A stretch of DNA of 56,240 nt. Source: an uncultured Thermoplasmata archaeon. GTDB taxonomy: Archaea; Thermoplasmatota; Poseidoniia; MGIII; CG-Epi1. Positions 1 through 9,182 of this stretch are shown in pieces. Position 1 is the stretch's first letter. Every line of letters begins with the position of its first letter. A program made the position numbers and the translations under genes. The DNA lies in NCBI GenBank assembly GCA_963996465.1, contig CAXEHI010000038.1, positions 1-56,240 on the forward strand. Reading direction: 5' to 3'. Below the pieces are notes generated by a model. That model worked only from the letters and a program-made list of their open reading frames with translations. It did not search any database and was not told the DNA's origin.

Positions 1-94
1 CTTCAGCCACCACTTCTTCAGCAGGTTTCTCTTCAGCCACCACTTCTTCAGCAGGTTTCTCTTCAGCCACCACTTCTTCAGCAGGTTTCTCTTC
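1..94 (-). repeat. Perfect 30-bp tandem repeat (3 copies plus 4 bp), in frame in the rps3 3' end, encoding (EKPAEEVVAE)n
   Basis: cttcagccaccacttcttcagcaggtttct is identical at 1-30, 31-60 and 61-90, followed by cttc at 91-94. A degenerate partial copy lies at 101-115. The array reaches the window edge. Confidence 0.95.
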
Positions 95-718
95 GTTAAC
101 TTCAGCTACTTCTTCTATCTTAACAGGAGGAACTACGGTAATCTCATCCGGTAATTTAGCCTCTGGAGGCATTAATGCCACCTTTACACCAATAGTTCCA
201 GGCTTCAGCTTAGCCTGCGCATGTCCAATCTCCATACTTTGTAATGCAACTTCTCCACAATGTTTAATATGCCCAGAAATAAATTTCTCAGTACGGTGTC
301 TTAATCCAGTCAATTTACCAGCGATGGTTATCTGACAACCTCTCGCTCCACCATCCATTATTCTTTGTAATATTGAATTTCCAGCTCTTCTATAGTTCCA
401 TCCACGTTCTAACGCACTAGCTACTTTAGATGCCATTATCATTGCATTCAATGCTGGCTTATCAACTTCATTAGCCTCTATCTGAAGATTTTCATAACCA
501 AACTTTTCTTCTAAGTTCCTAGTTAGTTTCTGTATTTCAGATCCCTTTCTACCTATAACCAATCCAGGCCTTTCAGCTATAACTCTTATATGAGTTCCTA
601 ACGGCGTTCTTTGAATGGTCAAACCACCAAATCCAGCCCTTTCCATTGACCTTTGAATATGCTCCTTAACCAGAACACGTTTTACTTTATCATTAATCAA
701 TTCAGTAGCAACCGTCAT
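1..718 (-). CDS. rps3: 30S ribosomal protein uS3 (partial; 3' end runs off the window start)
   Basis: Not in the ORF track because it is truncated. Manual minus-strand translation from ATG 718..716 gives MTVATELINDKVKRVLVKEHIQRSMERAGFGGLTIQRTPLGTHIRVIAERPGLVIGRKGSEIQKL...GARGCQITIAGKL..., i.e. a KH domain plus uS3 C-terminal domain. The ATG overlaps the rpl22 TGA (ATGA). Canonical L22-S3 gene order. Confidence 0.9.
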   Translation of the reverse strand, partial: MTVATELINDKVKRVLVKEHIQRSMERAGFGGLTIQRTPLGTHIRVIAERPGLVIGRKGSEIQKLTRNLEEKFGYENLQIEANEVDKPALNAMIMASKVASALERGWNYRRAGNSILQRIMDGGARGCQITIAGKLTGLRHRTEKFISGHIKHCGEVALQSMEIGHAQAKLKPGTIGVKVALMPPEAKLPDEITVVPPVKIEEVAEVNEEKPAEEVVAEEKPAEEVVAEEKPAEEVVAE

Positions 719-1167
719 TCTCTTTCCTCCAAAATTATCTCTAGGTTAACGCTCTCTCTACGTTTTGCAGTTGTTCTCCCATATGCTCTAGCAAATCTAG
801 ACATAGTCACAGCTCCTCTAGATGCTGCGATGTGTCTAATCCATAATAATTCTACATCTTTACCTAAATTTTCAGCATTAGATTCTGCTGATTCTATTGT
901 TTTCAATATGGCAGCAGCAGCCTTTTTCGGATATCTACCAGGTCCAAATCCATCACCCTTTCTATGGCCTACTTTACCATTGAATTTCTTGAATGGAACT
1001 GCTTGTTTTTGAAGCACGACCCTCTCTAGATATGACTTAGCTCTTTCAATATTCCACCCCTTTATTGCGTTACATACTTCAATAGCATGTTTTGGGGAAA
1101 TATTCAAACCACTACCTCTAGCAACCGCGTGCTTTTCTGTGTCATAGTTAAACGAATATCCTTTCAT
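715..1167 (-). CDS. rpl22: 50S ribosomal protein uL22
   Basis: 150-aa ORF of archaeal L22 length and pattern (GSGLNISPKHAIEVCNAIKG...). Positioned between S19 and S3. Confidence 0.9.
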   Translation of the reverse strand: MKGYSFNYDTEKHAVARGSGLNISPKHAIEVCNAIKGWNIERAKSYLERVVLQKQAVPFKKFNGKVGHRKGDGFGPGRYPKKAAAAILKTIESAESNAENLGKDVELLWIRHIAASRGAVTMSRFARAYGRTTAKRRESVNLEIILEERE

Positions 1168-1171
1168 AATA

Positions 1172-1636
1172 TCACTTCAATGGCATAAATTTAGATGATC
1201 GGGTAGCACCGACTCCGGGTCCCGAATGTACTCCACCCTTCCTAGTTTGTGACAATTCTCCGAAGAAATGTCCCAACATTTCAGGAATGAATTCTATTTC
1301 CACAAATTCGTGACCATTATGTATTCCAAATTTCCGGCCTACGAATTGCGGTATAACTATCATATCTCTTTTGTGTGTGCGTATGGTTTTTTCAGGGCTT
1401 TTTTCTACGTCTGTTATAATTTTTGCGTGCTCATGAGTTAACCCTCTGGAAAACGATCTGCGTTTTCTAGCAGATACCAATTTCAAAAATTCATCAAAAC
1501 TTAATTCTTTCAATTCTTCCATTGTTTTTCCTCTAAATGTAAATATTTTCTTCTGTCGAATCTGTACGCCTGCCTTTCTTTTCCTTTCCTTTCTTCTGGC
1601 AGCTTTTGGCGAAGTCATTCCTTTACTTCTTGCCAT
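1172..1636 (-). CDS. rps19: 30S ribosomal protein uS19
   Basis: 154-aa ORF with the ...IHNGHEFVEIEFIPEMLGHFFGELSQTRK... uS19 core. Positioned between L2 and L22. Confidence 0.9.
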   Translation of the reverse strand: MARSKGMTSPKAARRKERKRKAGVQIRQKKIFTFRGKTMEELKELSFDEFLKLVSARKRRSFSRGLTHEHAKIITDVEKSPEKTIRTHKRDMIVIPQFVGRKFGIHNGHEFVEIEFIPEMLGHFFGELSQTRKGGVHSGPGVGATRSSKFMPLK

Positions 1637-1638
1637 TA

Positions 1639-2334
1639 TTATTTCCTCCCCGTTCTCTTAGGTGCAATATTTCCAACTTTTCTTCCAGGCGGTGCAGTTC
1701 TAGATATAGATGAAGAAATACCCACGGTCTGTTTTCTTCCGCTTCCATGAGGGTGATCTACTGCATTCATAGCTACACCTCTAACTTTAGGCCAAATCTT
1801 GTTTCTGGCCTTTGCAGCATAAAAATTCTTACTAGCCTTTGCCTTTGGCTTATCGATTCTTCCTCCACCAGCAACAGTACCTATCGTTGCTCTACACATC
1901 TTATTTAATGAAATGAATCTTCTCGATGGCAGTCTTACAGTGGTTTTGTCTCCATGAGATGCTATTGTCGCTCCTTCACCCGCAGCTCTTACCATTTTTC
2001 CACCATCTCCAGGTCGCAATTCTAAATTGTATATTTTCGTCCCCTCAGGTATACTTCCAAGATAAACAGTATTTCCAATATCATTTTCAGCACCCTGTCC
2101 TACTTTTATTTCTTGACCTACAAACATTCCATCATGGGCTATCATAGTATATTTTTCATTTTCACCAACTATTTCTGCTATTGGTGCAGTTCTTCCAGGA
2201 TCGTGCTTTAAAGATGCAACTTCCCCTGTAAACGAGTCTGCGTTAGGGTGTCTTGCTATTCCTTTAAATCGGTGACCAGATACACTATATCTATTTCCAC
2301 GACCACGTCTTTGAGGTATAATTCTTTTACCCAT
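1639..2334 (-). CDS. rpl2: 50S ribosomal protein uL2
   Basis: 231 aa with GRTAPIAEI, GTKIYNLELRPGDGGKMVRAAG and MNAVDHPHGSG, the hallmark L2 motifs. Confidence 0.95.
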   Translation of the reverse strand: MGKRIIPQRRGRGNRYSVSGHRFKGIARHPNADSFTGEVASLKHDPGRTAPIAEIVGENEKYTMIAHDGMFVGQEIKVGQGAENDIGNTVYLGSIPEGTKIYNLELRPGDGGKMVRAAGEGATIASHGDKTTVRLPSRRFISLNKMCRATIGTVAGGGRIDKPKAKASKNFYAAKARNKIWPKVRGVAMNAVDHPHGSGRKQTVGISSSISRTAPPGRKVGNIAPKRTGRK

Positions 2335-2338
2335 TTTA

Positions 2339-2593
2339 TCACAAGATTCCTAGTCTATTACTCAGATCTTCTGCTGAGTCTTCAGGGGAAAGCTTGACTA
2401 TAGCTATCTTCCCTTCTTTTGCAATTCTCGTATTAACTCCTGACACCTTTATTTTAAATAAATCTTCTATGGCAGTTCTAATTTGAGGTTTAGTGGCCTT
2501 TCTTACCACATTAAATTCAATCTTATTTTCTTCTAATAAATACAAAGCCCTTTCTTTAGATCTAGGTCTAATAATCACGTCATAAGGCTTCAT
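2339..2593 (-). CDS. rpl23: 50S ribosomal protein uL23
   Basis: 84-aa ORF between L4 and L2 with an L23-like sequence (KIEFNVVRKATKPQIRTAIEDLFKIKV). Confidence 0.85.
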   Translation of the reverse strand: MKPYDVIIRPRSKERALYLLEENKIEFNVVRKATKPQIRTAIEDLFKIKVSGVNTRIAKEGKIAIVKLSPEDSAEDLSNRLGIL

Positions 2594-3378
2594 GTTCTAT
2601 CCTCCAACTTTTTCAACGCGTTTTTAGTAAATATCACAAGTCTGCCAGGCGCTCCTCCAGGAGCTAACAATTCTGTATTGAGTTGTGCAGCAGTCGTCAC
2701 ATCAACTCCTTGTATGTTACGAAAAGCCAATTCCGTACCATTGAATTCTGATAAAACTAAAAGAGCGGATTTAGGAACTCTATATTTTCTACCTCTTAGT
2801 TTTCCTTTACCAGCTCTTATGTGTCTTCCTTCCTTTGCTCTTTGAATATCTGCAGAAATTCCCAGCTCTTCTATAAGATCTGTAGCTACTCCTGTAAGAG
2901 ATTCATCATCATTTACATCATTTATTTTTTCTATAGCATCATCAACTACAAATGGTAATGCAATTCCATCATCTACTAAATGACCTCTGTTTTTGACCAT
3001 GTTCAAATCAGTAGTAGCAGCTAATGCAGACCTGAATGCCTTTCTTCGTTCTTTAACATTCATTTTTTCACCCAATTTTTTCTCTACTACTGGTGGATGT
3101 GCTCTTCTTCCTCCTACAGTATTTGGAGCTTCCGCACCAGGACCACTCCCTCCAAATTTTCTGGGGGTTCTGGCCATACCTCTTCCTTTTCCAGGCCAAG
3201 AAACAGAATGTCTTAAACCAGCTCTCTTCGACGGACCATATGATTGTCTACGATTAGCACGAGCCGCTTTTACAGCTCTTCTTATCATATCTATTCTAAT
3301 GGGGTCTCCAAAAGCATTAGGTAAATCTATCTTATTCTTGGAAAGTTCCCCATTCGCAGAATAAATCGGTACTTTCAT
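2590..3378 (-). CDS. rpl4: 50S ribosomal protein uL4
   Basis: 262 aa with an archaeal L4 pattern (SWPGKGRGMARTPR...GGRRAHPP). 4-nt overlap with rpl23. Confidence 0.9.
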   Translation of the reverse strand: MKVPIYSANGELSKNKIDLPNAFGDPIRIDMIRRAVKAARANRRQSYGPSKRAGLRHSVSWPGKGRGMARTPRKFGGSGPGAEAPNTVGGRRAHPPVVEKKLGEKMNVKERRKAFRSALAATTDLNMVKNRGHLVDDGIALPFVVDDAIEKINDVNDDESLTGVATDLIEELGISADIQRAKEGRHIRAGKGKLRGRKYRVPKSALLVLSEFNGTELAFRNIQGVDVTTAAQLNTELLAPGGAPGRLVIFTKNALKKLEDRT

Positions 3379-3379
3379 T

Positions 3380-4393
3380 TTACACTCCCTGCGGACTTTC
3401 TTTAGAAATCATAGTAATTTCTGGAGCAACCTTCGCATCCGCACTTCTTCCAGAAAAGCGAATCGCTCTTCTAAATCTTACTAATCTCTTAGTAGGTCCA
3501 GGCAACGAACCATGAAAAATAGCATATTTGTTATTCACAAAACCATAATGTAAAAATCCGCCTTTTGGATTAATATCTTCGGGATCGTCTCCAATCGTTA
3601 GAAGTCTCTTATTGTATTCTGTTCTTTGATGATATCCGGTTTGTCCAGCCTGAGGGACGCTAGATCGCACATAGCTAGGATTCCAAGGTCCTAAAGTACC
3701 AATCATTCTTCTATGTTTAGAATTCTTATGTGTAAGAAGTTTAACTCCCCATCTTTTTACATGTCCTTGAAAACCTCTACCTGTTGTAATAGCTAAAGCA
3801 TCCAACATTTCTCCATTTTCAGTAAAATCCCCAATATCTATCTCTTTACCTAACATTTCTTTACTATATTCATATTGAGAAGGTAAATCTCCCCCATCTA
3901 CTTTAATTTCCATTATTTCCGGTTTCTTTTTAGGTAAACCAGATACCTGTTTTGGTTTAGTGTATACTAAAAATCTTATCTCTTCTAAATCAGCATCATC
4001 CATACGTTTCCACATGGTTTTACTATTTCCACTTTTTTTAGCCAAAGGAATTCTCATTTCCAATTCTTTGTCTACATCTTTTGCCCATACCTCTCCAACA
4101 CTTCTCAAACCATATGGTTCCATAATATATCCACGAACTGCAGCAATCTTCATAGGGGGAAATTCAACAACAGTAACAGGCATTCTAATCTCCTGTCCTG
4201 CAGTGGTCGATTTTTTACGATAATCAATCGCCATGACGTGTGTCATACCGACTTTGTATCCCGCAAATCCCTGTATTCTAGGAGTCCCTTCACTATCGAT
4301 AGCCCAACTACCTATATGGGCAGTTTCAGACCTCGCTCTCTTACGAGGGCTGTAAGCCATAGATCCTCTACGGGGGTTGTGTTGTCCTGGCAT
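3380..4393 (-). CDS. rpl3: 50S ribosomal protein uL3
   Basis: 337 aa of archaeal L3 type (GFAGYKVGMTHV...GRGFQGHVKRWG). AAGGAG Shine-Dalgarno at 4398-4403 (minus strand) directly upstream. Confidence 0.95.
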   Translation of the reverse strand: MPGQHNPRRGSMAYSPRKRARSETAHIGSWAIDSEGTPRIQGFAGYKVGMTHVMAIDYRKKSTTAGQEIRMPVTVVEFPPMKIAAVRGYIMEPYGLRSVGEVWAKDVDKELEMRIPLAKKSGNSKTMWKRMDDADLEEIRFLVYTKPKQVSGLPKKKPEIMEIKVDGGDLPSQYEYSKEMLGKEIDIGDFTENGEMLDALAITTGRGFQGHVKRWGVKLLTHKNSKHRRMIGTLGPWNPSYVRSSVPQAGQTGYHQRTEYNKRLLTIGDDPEDINPKGGFLHYGFVNNKYAIFHGSLPGPTKRLVRFRRAIRFSGRSADAKVAPEITMISKESPQGV

Positions 4394-4570
4394 TTTTCTC
4401 CTTAAACCAATCTATAGCACTCGCTTTCAAGTACAAAGAACGGCGTAGTTACCACATTTATCAGAACAACCGTGACAAGTATGCTGAGCTGTAATATCAA
4501 CCCAGATGCGGGGATTATTGCCCCAGATGTCTGGTTACTCCGTGCGCGGTTCGGTCGCAGAAGCGGAGTG

Positions 4571-4578
4571 TATATAAG
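4571..4578 (-). promoter_or_regulatory. TATA-like box (minus strand CTTATATA), candidate promoter of the r-protein operon
   Basis: The only TATA-like element in the 4394-4613 spacer, about 180 nt upstream of the rpl3 ATG. Not experimentally anchored. Confidence 0.3.
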
Positions 4579-4613
4579 CGCTACCGTTGAACCATCGTCG
4601 ATAAACTAATTCC

Positions 4614-5789
4614 TTATTCAATTTCAATCTCTATTGCAGTTGCCAAGCCACCCCCAAGGCAAGCAGTTGCAAAACCCCTTTTTCCGCCTGCATTTTTGAG
4701 GGAACTAATCAAAGTCATCACAATCCTCGCTCCTGAACAACCAATTGGATGTCCTAGTGCAATGGCACCTCCCCAAACATTAAGCTTCTCTCTAGAAAGC
4801 CCAAGTTCTTTCGCTACTGCTAAAGATGCAGAGGCAAACGCTTCATTATGCTCATATAAATCATAATCCTTTTCCGTGTGTCCAGTTTTTTCCCACAAAA
4901 GCTTTACAGTAGGAACAGGCGCATACATTACATCCATTGGAGCACACCCACTAACTGCCTGACCAGTTATAGCTGCAATTATTTTCAATCCATTATCGGT
5001 AGCAAATTGTCTTGAAGTTACGATGCATACGGCACCTCCATCTGTTATCTGAGATGCATTTCCAGCAGTAACGACTCCATCTTTAGAAAACAACGCATTT
5101 AATTTATTTAATTTTTCAATACTCGTATCGCTTCTAACTCCTTCATCACTTCCTATGATATTTCCTTCAACTTCTATCTCTCTAACAGTGTGTCTGAACA
5201 AATCCTCATCGTATGCTTTTTTCGCTCTCATGTGAGATTCATAAGCAAATTCATCACATTCCTCTCTAGTTACATTCATTTTTTCAGCAATCAAATCTCC
5301 AGTTGATGCCATATGCACTCCATTATATGGGTCGCAAAGACCATCTCTTAACATAGAATCTATGAATTTTACCGAATCATCTACCTTTCCTTCTTTATTT
5401 CTCGGTTTTAGGTATGATGCATTGGACATAGATTCCATTCCACCAGCAATCACAACATTATGTTCTCTAACACGTATTGAATTTGCAGCTAACATCAACG
5501 CCTTCATTCCAGATCCGCACATTTTGTTAATGGTGGTCGCCCCCACATGTAGAGGTATGCCTGCTCCCATTGCTGCCTGTCTTGCTGGATGTTGCCCTAC
5601 TCCTGCTTGAAGCACATTTCCCATAAGCACCTCATCAACAACCTCTTCCGACATTTCAATTTTCTCTAACGCCCTTTTAATAGCAAAACTACCTAATTCA
5701 GGAGCACTCAAGCTAGACAGACCACCCAAATATTTTCCTAAAGGTGTCCGAGCATAACTTACAATGACTGGGTCGTTGTCATTTTCCAT
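4614..5789 (-). CDS. Acetyl-CoA C-acetyltransferase (thiolase)
   Basis: 391 aa with thiolase active-site contexts NKMCGSGMKA, GHPIGCSGARI and CLGGGLATA. Confidence 0.85.
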   Translation of the reverse strand: MENDNDPVIVSYARTPLGKYLGGLSSLSAPELGSFAIKRALEKIEMSEEVVDEVLMGNVLQAGVGQHPARQAAMGAGIPLHVGATTINKMCGSGMKALMLAANSIRVREHNVVIAGGMESMSNASYLKPRNKEGKVDDSVKFIDSMLRDGLCDPYNGVHMASTGDLIAEKMNVTREECDEFAYESHMRAKKAYDEDLFRHTVREIEVEGNIIGSDEGVRSDTSIEKLNKLNALFSKDGVVTAGNASQITDGGAVCIVTSRQFATDNGLKIIAAITGQAVSGCAPMDVMYAPVPTVKLLWEKTGHTEKDYDLYEHNEAFASASLAVAKELGLSREKLNVWGGAIALGHPIGCSGARIVMTLISSLKNAGGKRGFATACLGGGLATAIEIEIE

Positions 5790-5877
5790 CTACAGCGGTC
5801 AACAGATACTCTAACGTATAAGCCCTACGGTCTCTAAGATTAACTTTATGTGCAACGGCTAGGAACTCCCCTATTAG

Positions 5878-8361
5878 ATGGTAAAACCAAAAATCCAGGA
5901 AAAGCGCTGGTCTATTGATTTAGAAAAGAAAATTCAAGAGGAGCATTTCTCAAATCAAAAAAAATATAACGACCGCTACAGTTTCGATTCAAAATCAAAA
6001 AAAGAACTATTTGTTATAGATACTCCACCACCATATCCTTCTGGAAGATGGCATATCGGAGCAGTAGCTCAATACTCTATGATTGATGTAATCGCCCGCA
6101 GTCAAAGATTGATAGGAAAGGAAGTTTATTTTCCATGGGGGGTCGATCGAAATGGTATCAATATCGAATTCACAGTAGAAAAAAAGACCGGCCGTAAAAT
6201 GAAAACATATGAACGCGCGGAATTTTTAGAAATATGTAAAATAGAAATAGAAAAATATACACAAGAAATGCGCAATATCGCAAAACGTGTAGGGCTGTCC
6301 TGTTCTTATGAAAACGAATATTTGACAGATTCACCAGAATACAGAACTATCACACAATCAATCTTTATTGATTTATTCAAACGAGGAGATATAGTCGAAG
6401 AACTTCGCCCTAACCTATATGATCCAATAGAAGGAACAACTATAGCTGAAGCTGAAGTCGAGAGAGTATCTCGCAAAACCCATTTGGTTGATGTACGTTG
6501 GTCTGTCAAGAATAATTCCGAGCATGAACCAGTAATTATTTCTACTACTAGGCCAGAATTAATTTGCGCATGCGGCATTGTAATTGTACATCCCGATGAT
6601 GACCGTTATCAACATCTGATAGGCAAAAGTTTGGAATTGCCAATCGAGACCTCCTCTCGTTCTAAATTTGTAGAAGTCAAGGCACATCCAAGCGTCAATA
6701 TGGATTTCGGCTCAGGTGTGTTGATGGTTTGTTCATTCGGTGATCAAAACGACGTCGCAGTATTTCGAGAATTAGAATTAACGCCTTTCCAAGCTATCGA
6801 TTTAGCCGGTAACATAACAGAAATTGGCGGCCCCTTGGAAGGACTTTCTGTTATAGATGCAAGAACGAAAGCCATCGACATTTTAGATTCTTCGAATAGA
6901 ATAGAATCTATGGTTGAAAGAGATCAAGAAATCCCAGTTTCTGAAAGAGGTAAAAATCCAGTAGAAATCATTTTACTAAAAGAATGGTATGTCCGTCAAA
7001 CACACATTCAAGATAGGATGAAAGAACTATCGAATGAGATTAATTTTGTTCCTAATCGTAACAAACAATTTCTATTAGATTGGATGGATAATATCACAAT
7101 CGATTGGCCAATTTCTCGCCGTCGGTGGTATCATACTGAAATACCTTTATGGTACTCTGAAGATAGAACTAAAGTAATAGTCCCTCCGCATGGCGTTTAT
7201 ACTCAGCCATGGAAAGACGATCCTCCAAAAGATTCTATTGTTATGAATCGTGAAACTCGCGAAGAATATGGTTCTTATGAGGACTTAAAATCTGACTTAG
7301 GCACCTTACAACCCGAAGAAAAAGTATTCGACACTTGGATGGATTCCTCCAATTCAAATTTATTCGTTTCTGGCTATTTATCAAACTCAACAATGTTCGA
7401 AAGAGCATTTCCCACAGGGGTTAGACCACAAGGAAAAGAAATAGTCCGTACTTGGTTGTATTATACTCTTTTAAAATCAACTTTATTGCTCGATAAACCA
7501 GGATTCGCCAACGTTTGGATTGACGGTTTAGGTATGGATCCATGGGGGCGTAAAATGTCTAAATCCCTTGGCAACGGTATCGATGCCGAATCTGTTTTAG
7601 AATGTGGAGCAGAAGGGCGTACAGGTTCATGGAAAGTTAAGGGTCCCGAAGGTAAGCAAATAACATTACAAGCTAAGAAAATAGGCTCCGAATGCTTTAG
7701 ATTTTGGAAAGCCGCCGATGCACAAGTTGGAGATGATTTCCAAATAAATCCAGAACAAATCGAATCACGTTATTTCGGCATACTAACAAAAATCTTCAAT
7801 GTAGGGCGTTTCGCTTCTCAATTCGATTTCGACGGCGATTTAGATACAGTACCGGCTAATCTCGAAAATGAAGACCGTTGGATTTTGGCCGAATTTTCGA
7901 ACTTACTCGAAAAAGCCAAGGCCGGCTATTCAGATTTAGACATATACACAGCAGCTCAAGGAATCAAAACATTCAGCACTGGTATTTTTGCTTCTCATTG
8001 GCTAGAAATGGCCAAAACACGACTCTATAGTGGAGATTCTTCTGCCACATGGGCCCTTCATCGTATTTTTAGAGATTTAATGTCAATACTGTCACCAATA
8101 TGTCCATTTTTTACACATCATCTATCAACAACATTATACGGCAATTCTGCAGTAGATGTCGATACTTTCCCATTAGCTCCGATATCTGAAACAGAGTCTT
8201 GGACTGCTATGACTGAACCGCTAGTCAATTTCAATTCTTTAGTATGGAAAGCTAAGAAAGACGCAGGAACTTCATTGGCTGAACCGATATCTGGTCATAC
8301 CGTTCCAGATTCCTTAGAACAGATCAAACAAGCATTAATTTCCATGCATAAATTAGAATAA
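5878..8361 (+). CDS. valS: Valine--tRNA ligase (class Ia aaRS)
   Basis: 827 aa. Archaeal ValRS-like N-terminus IDTPPPYPSG-WHIGA...GVDRNGINIEFTVEKK, CP1 editing motif TTRPELI...VHPDDDRY, and an intact KMSKS. Length fits archaeal ValRS rather than LeuRS or IleRS. Confidence 0.8.
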   Translation: MVKPKIQEKRWSIDLEKKIQEEHFSNQKKYNDRYSFDSKSKKELFVIDTPPPYPSGRWHIGAVAQYSMIDVIARSQRLIGKEVYFPWGVDRNGINIEFTVEKKTGRKMKTYERAEFLEICKIEIEKYTQEMRNIAKRVGLSCSYENEYLTDSPEYRTITQSIFIDLFKRGDIVEELRPNLYDPIEGTTIAEAEVERVSRKTHLVDVRWSVKNNSEHEPVIISTTRPELICACGIVIVHPDDDRYQHLIGKSLELPIETSSRSKFVEVKAHPSVNMDFGSGVLMVCSFGDQNDVAVFRELELTPFQAIDLAGNITEIGGPLEGLSVIDARTKAIDILDSSNRIESMVERDQEIPVSERGKNPVEIILLKEWYVRQTHIQDRMKELSNEINFVPNRNKQFLLDWMDNITIDWPISRRRWYHTEIPLWYSEDRTKVIVPPHGVYTQPWKDDPPKDSIVMNRETREEYGSYEDLKSDLGTLQPEEKVFDTWMDSSNSNLFVSGYLSNSTMFERAFPTGVRPQGKEIVRTWLYYTLLKSTLLLDKPGFANVWIDGLGMDPWGRKMSKSLGNGIDAESVLECGAEGRTGSWKVKGPEGKQITLQAKKIGSECFRFWKAADAQVGDDFQINPEQIESRYFGILTKIFNVGRFASQFDFDGDLDTVPANLENEDRWILAEFSNLLEKAKAGYSDLDIYTAAQGIKTFSTGIFASHWLEMAKTRLYSGDSSATWALHRIFRDLMSILSPICPFFTHHLSTTLYGNSAVDVDTFPLAPISETESWTAMTEPLVNFNSLVWKAKKDAGTSLAEPISGHTVPDSLEQIKQALISMHKLE

Positions 8362-8365
8362 TACG

Positions 8366-9178
8366 TTAACGAATCGCGTTTACCAAATCTATTGCTTGTT
8401 TACTTTCTTTAACATCATGTACTCTAATTATATCTACACCAGATAAGGCACTCACAACTGCAGCAGACAAACTACCACCTAATCTTTCTTCAGGTTTTGC
8501 ACCACTGAGATGTTCAATAAACGATTTCCTACTTGCACCCACCATCACACCTCCAGCAATACCAACAAATTCATTTATTCTTTTTAAAATCTCTAAATTG
8601 TGCTCCAAAGTTTTACCAAAACCGATTCCAGGATCAATCAAAATCTTCTCTTTTTCTATTCCATTCTTAATTGCATTTTCGACCCGGTCATTTAACCAAT
8701 TTCTTATCTCATTCACAACATTATCATATTGAGGTTTGTCTTGCATATCTGTAGGAGTTCCTTGCATATGCATTATTACAACATACACTCCACTTTCAGA
8801 TACAAGTTTAACCATATCTGGATCAGTTAATCCCGACACATCATTCACCATACCTGCTCCAACTTCAATTGCTTTTTTCGCCACTTCAACCTTTTTTGTA
8901 TCAATAGAAATATTTGCACTGCATCGATTTTTAATTGCTTTAATGGTTGGAATAACTCTATTCAATTCCTCTTCAATAGAAACTTCTTTTGAACCTGGAC
9001 GCGTCGATTCTCCACCTATATCTACTATTTTAGCCCCCTCTTCTACCATCTTAATCGCGCGTTTAACAGCCTCTTCTACAGTCTTATATTCTCCCCCATC
9101 AAAAAATGAATCGGGCGTAATATTCAATATCCCCATAATGTTGCAGACCGCGTTATCGTAGAACAAATTACTATTCAT
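8366..9178 (-). CDS. folP: Dihydropteroate synthase
   Basis: 270 aa with GILNITPDSFFDGG, ...DIGGESTRPG... and ...DPGIGFGKT..., the classic DHPS motifs. Confidence 0.85.
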   Translation of the reverse strand: MNSNLFYDNAVCNIMGILNITPDSFFDGGEYKTVEEAVKRAIKMVEEGAKIVDIGGESTRPGSKEVSIEEELNRVIPTIKAIKNRCSANISIDTKKVEVAKKAIEVGAGMVNDVSGLTDPDMVKLVSESGVYVVIMHMQGTPTDMQDKPQYDNVVNEIRNWLNDRVENAIKNGIEKEKILIDPGIGFGKTLEHNLEILKRINEFVGIAGGVMVGASRKSFIEHLSGAKPEERLGGSLSAAVVSALSGVDIIRVHDVKESKQAIDLVNAIR

Positions 9179-9182
9179 TAAA

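Noticed and set aside
1-94. The 30-bp perfect repeats could be mistaken for a CRISPR array fragment
   Set aside because: The copies are directly contiguous with no spacers. They are in frame inside rps3 and encode a sensible peptide repeat. No cas genes are present in the window.
4614-5789. Second thiolase as evidence of duplication or a mobile copy of the beta-oxidation operon
   Set aside because: Its sequence differs clearly from the FadA-like thiolase at 37449-38594, matching the acetoacetyl-CoA thiolase type. It stands alone, with no repeat or mobile-element signature.
8736-9161. 141-aa plus-strand ORF antisense to folP. Similar antisense ORFs occur at 653-1012, 1926-2147, 2993-3364 and 3960-4223 in the r-protein genes
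   Set aside because: They overlap strongly supported conserved genes on the other strand. Their translations are low-complexity with no motifs.
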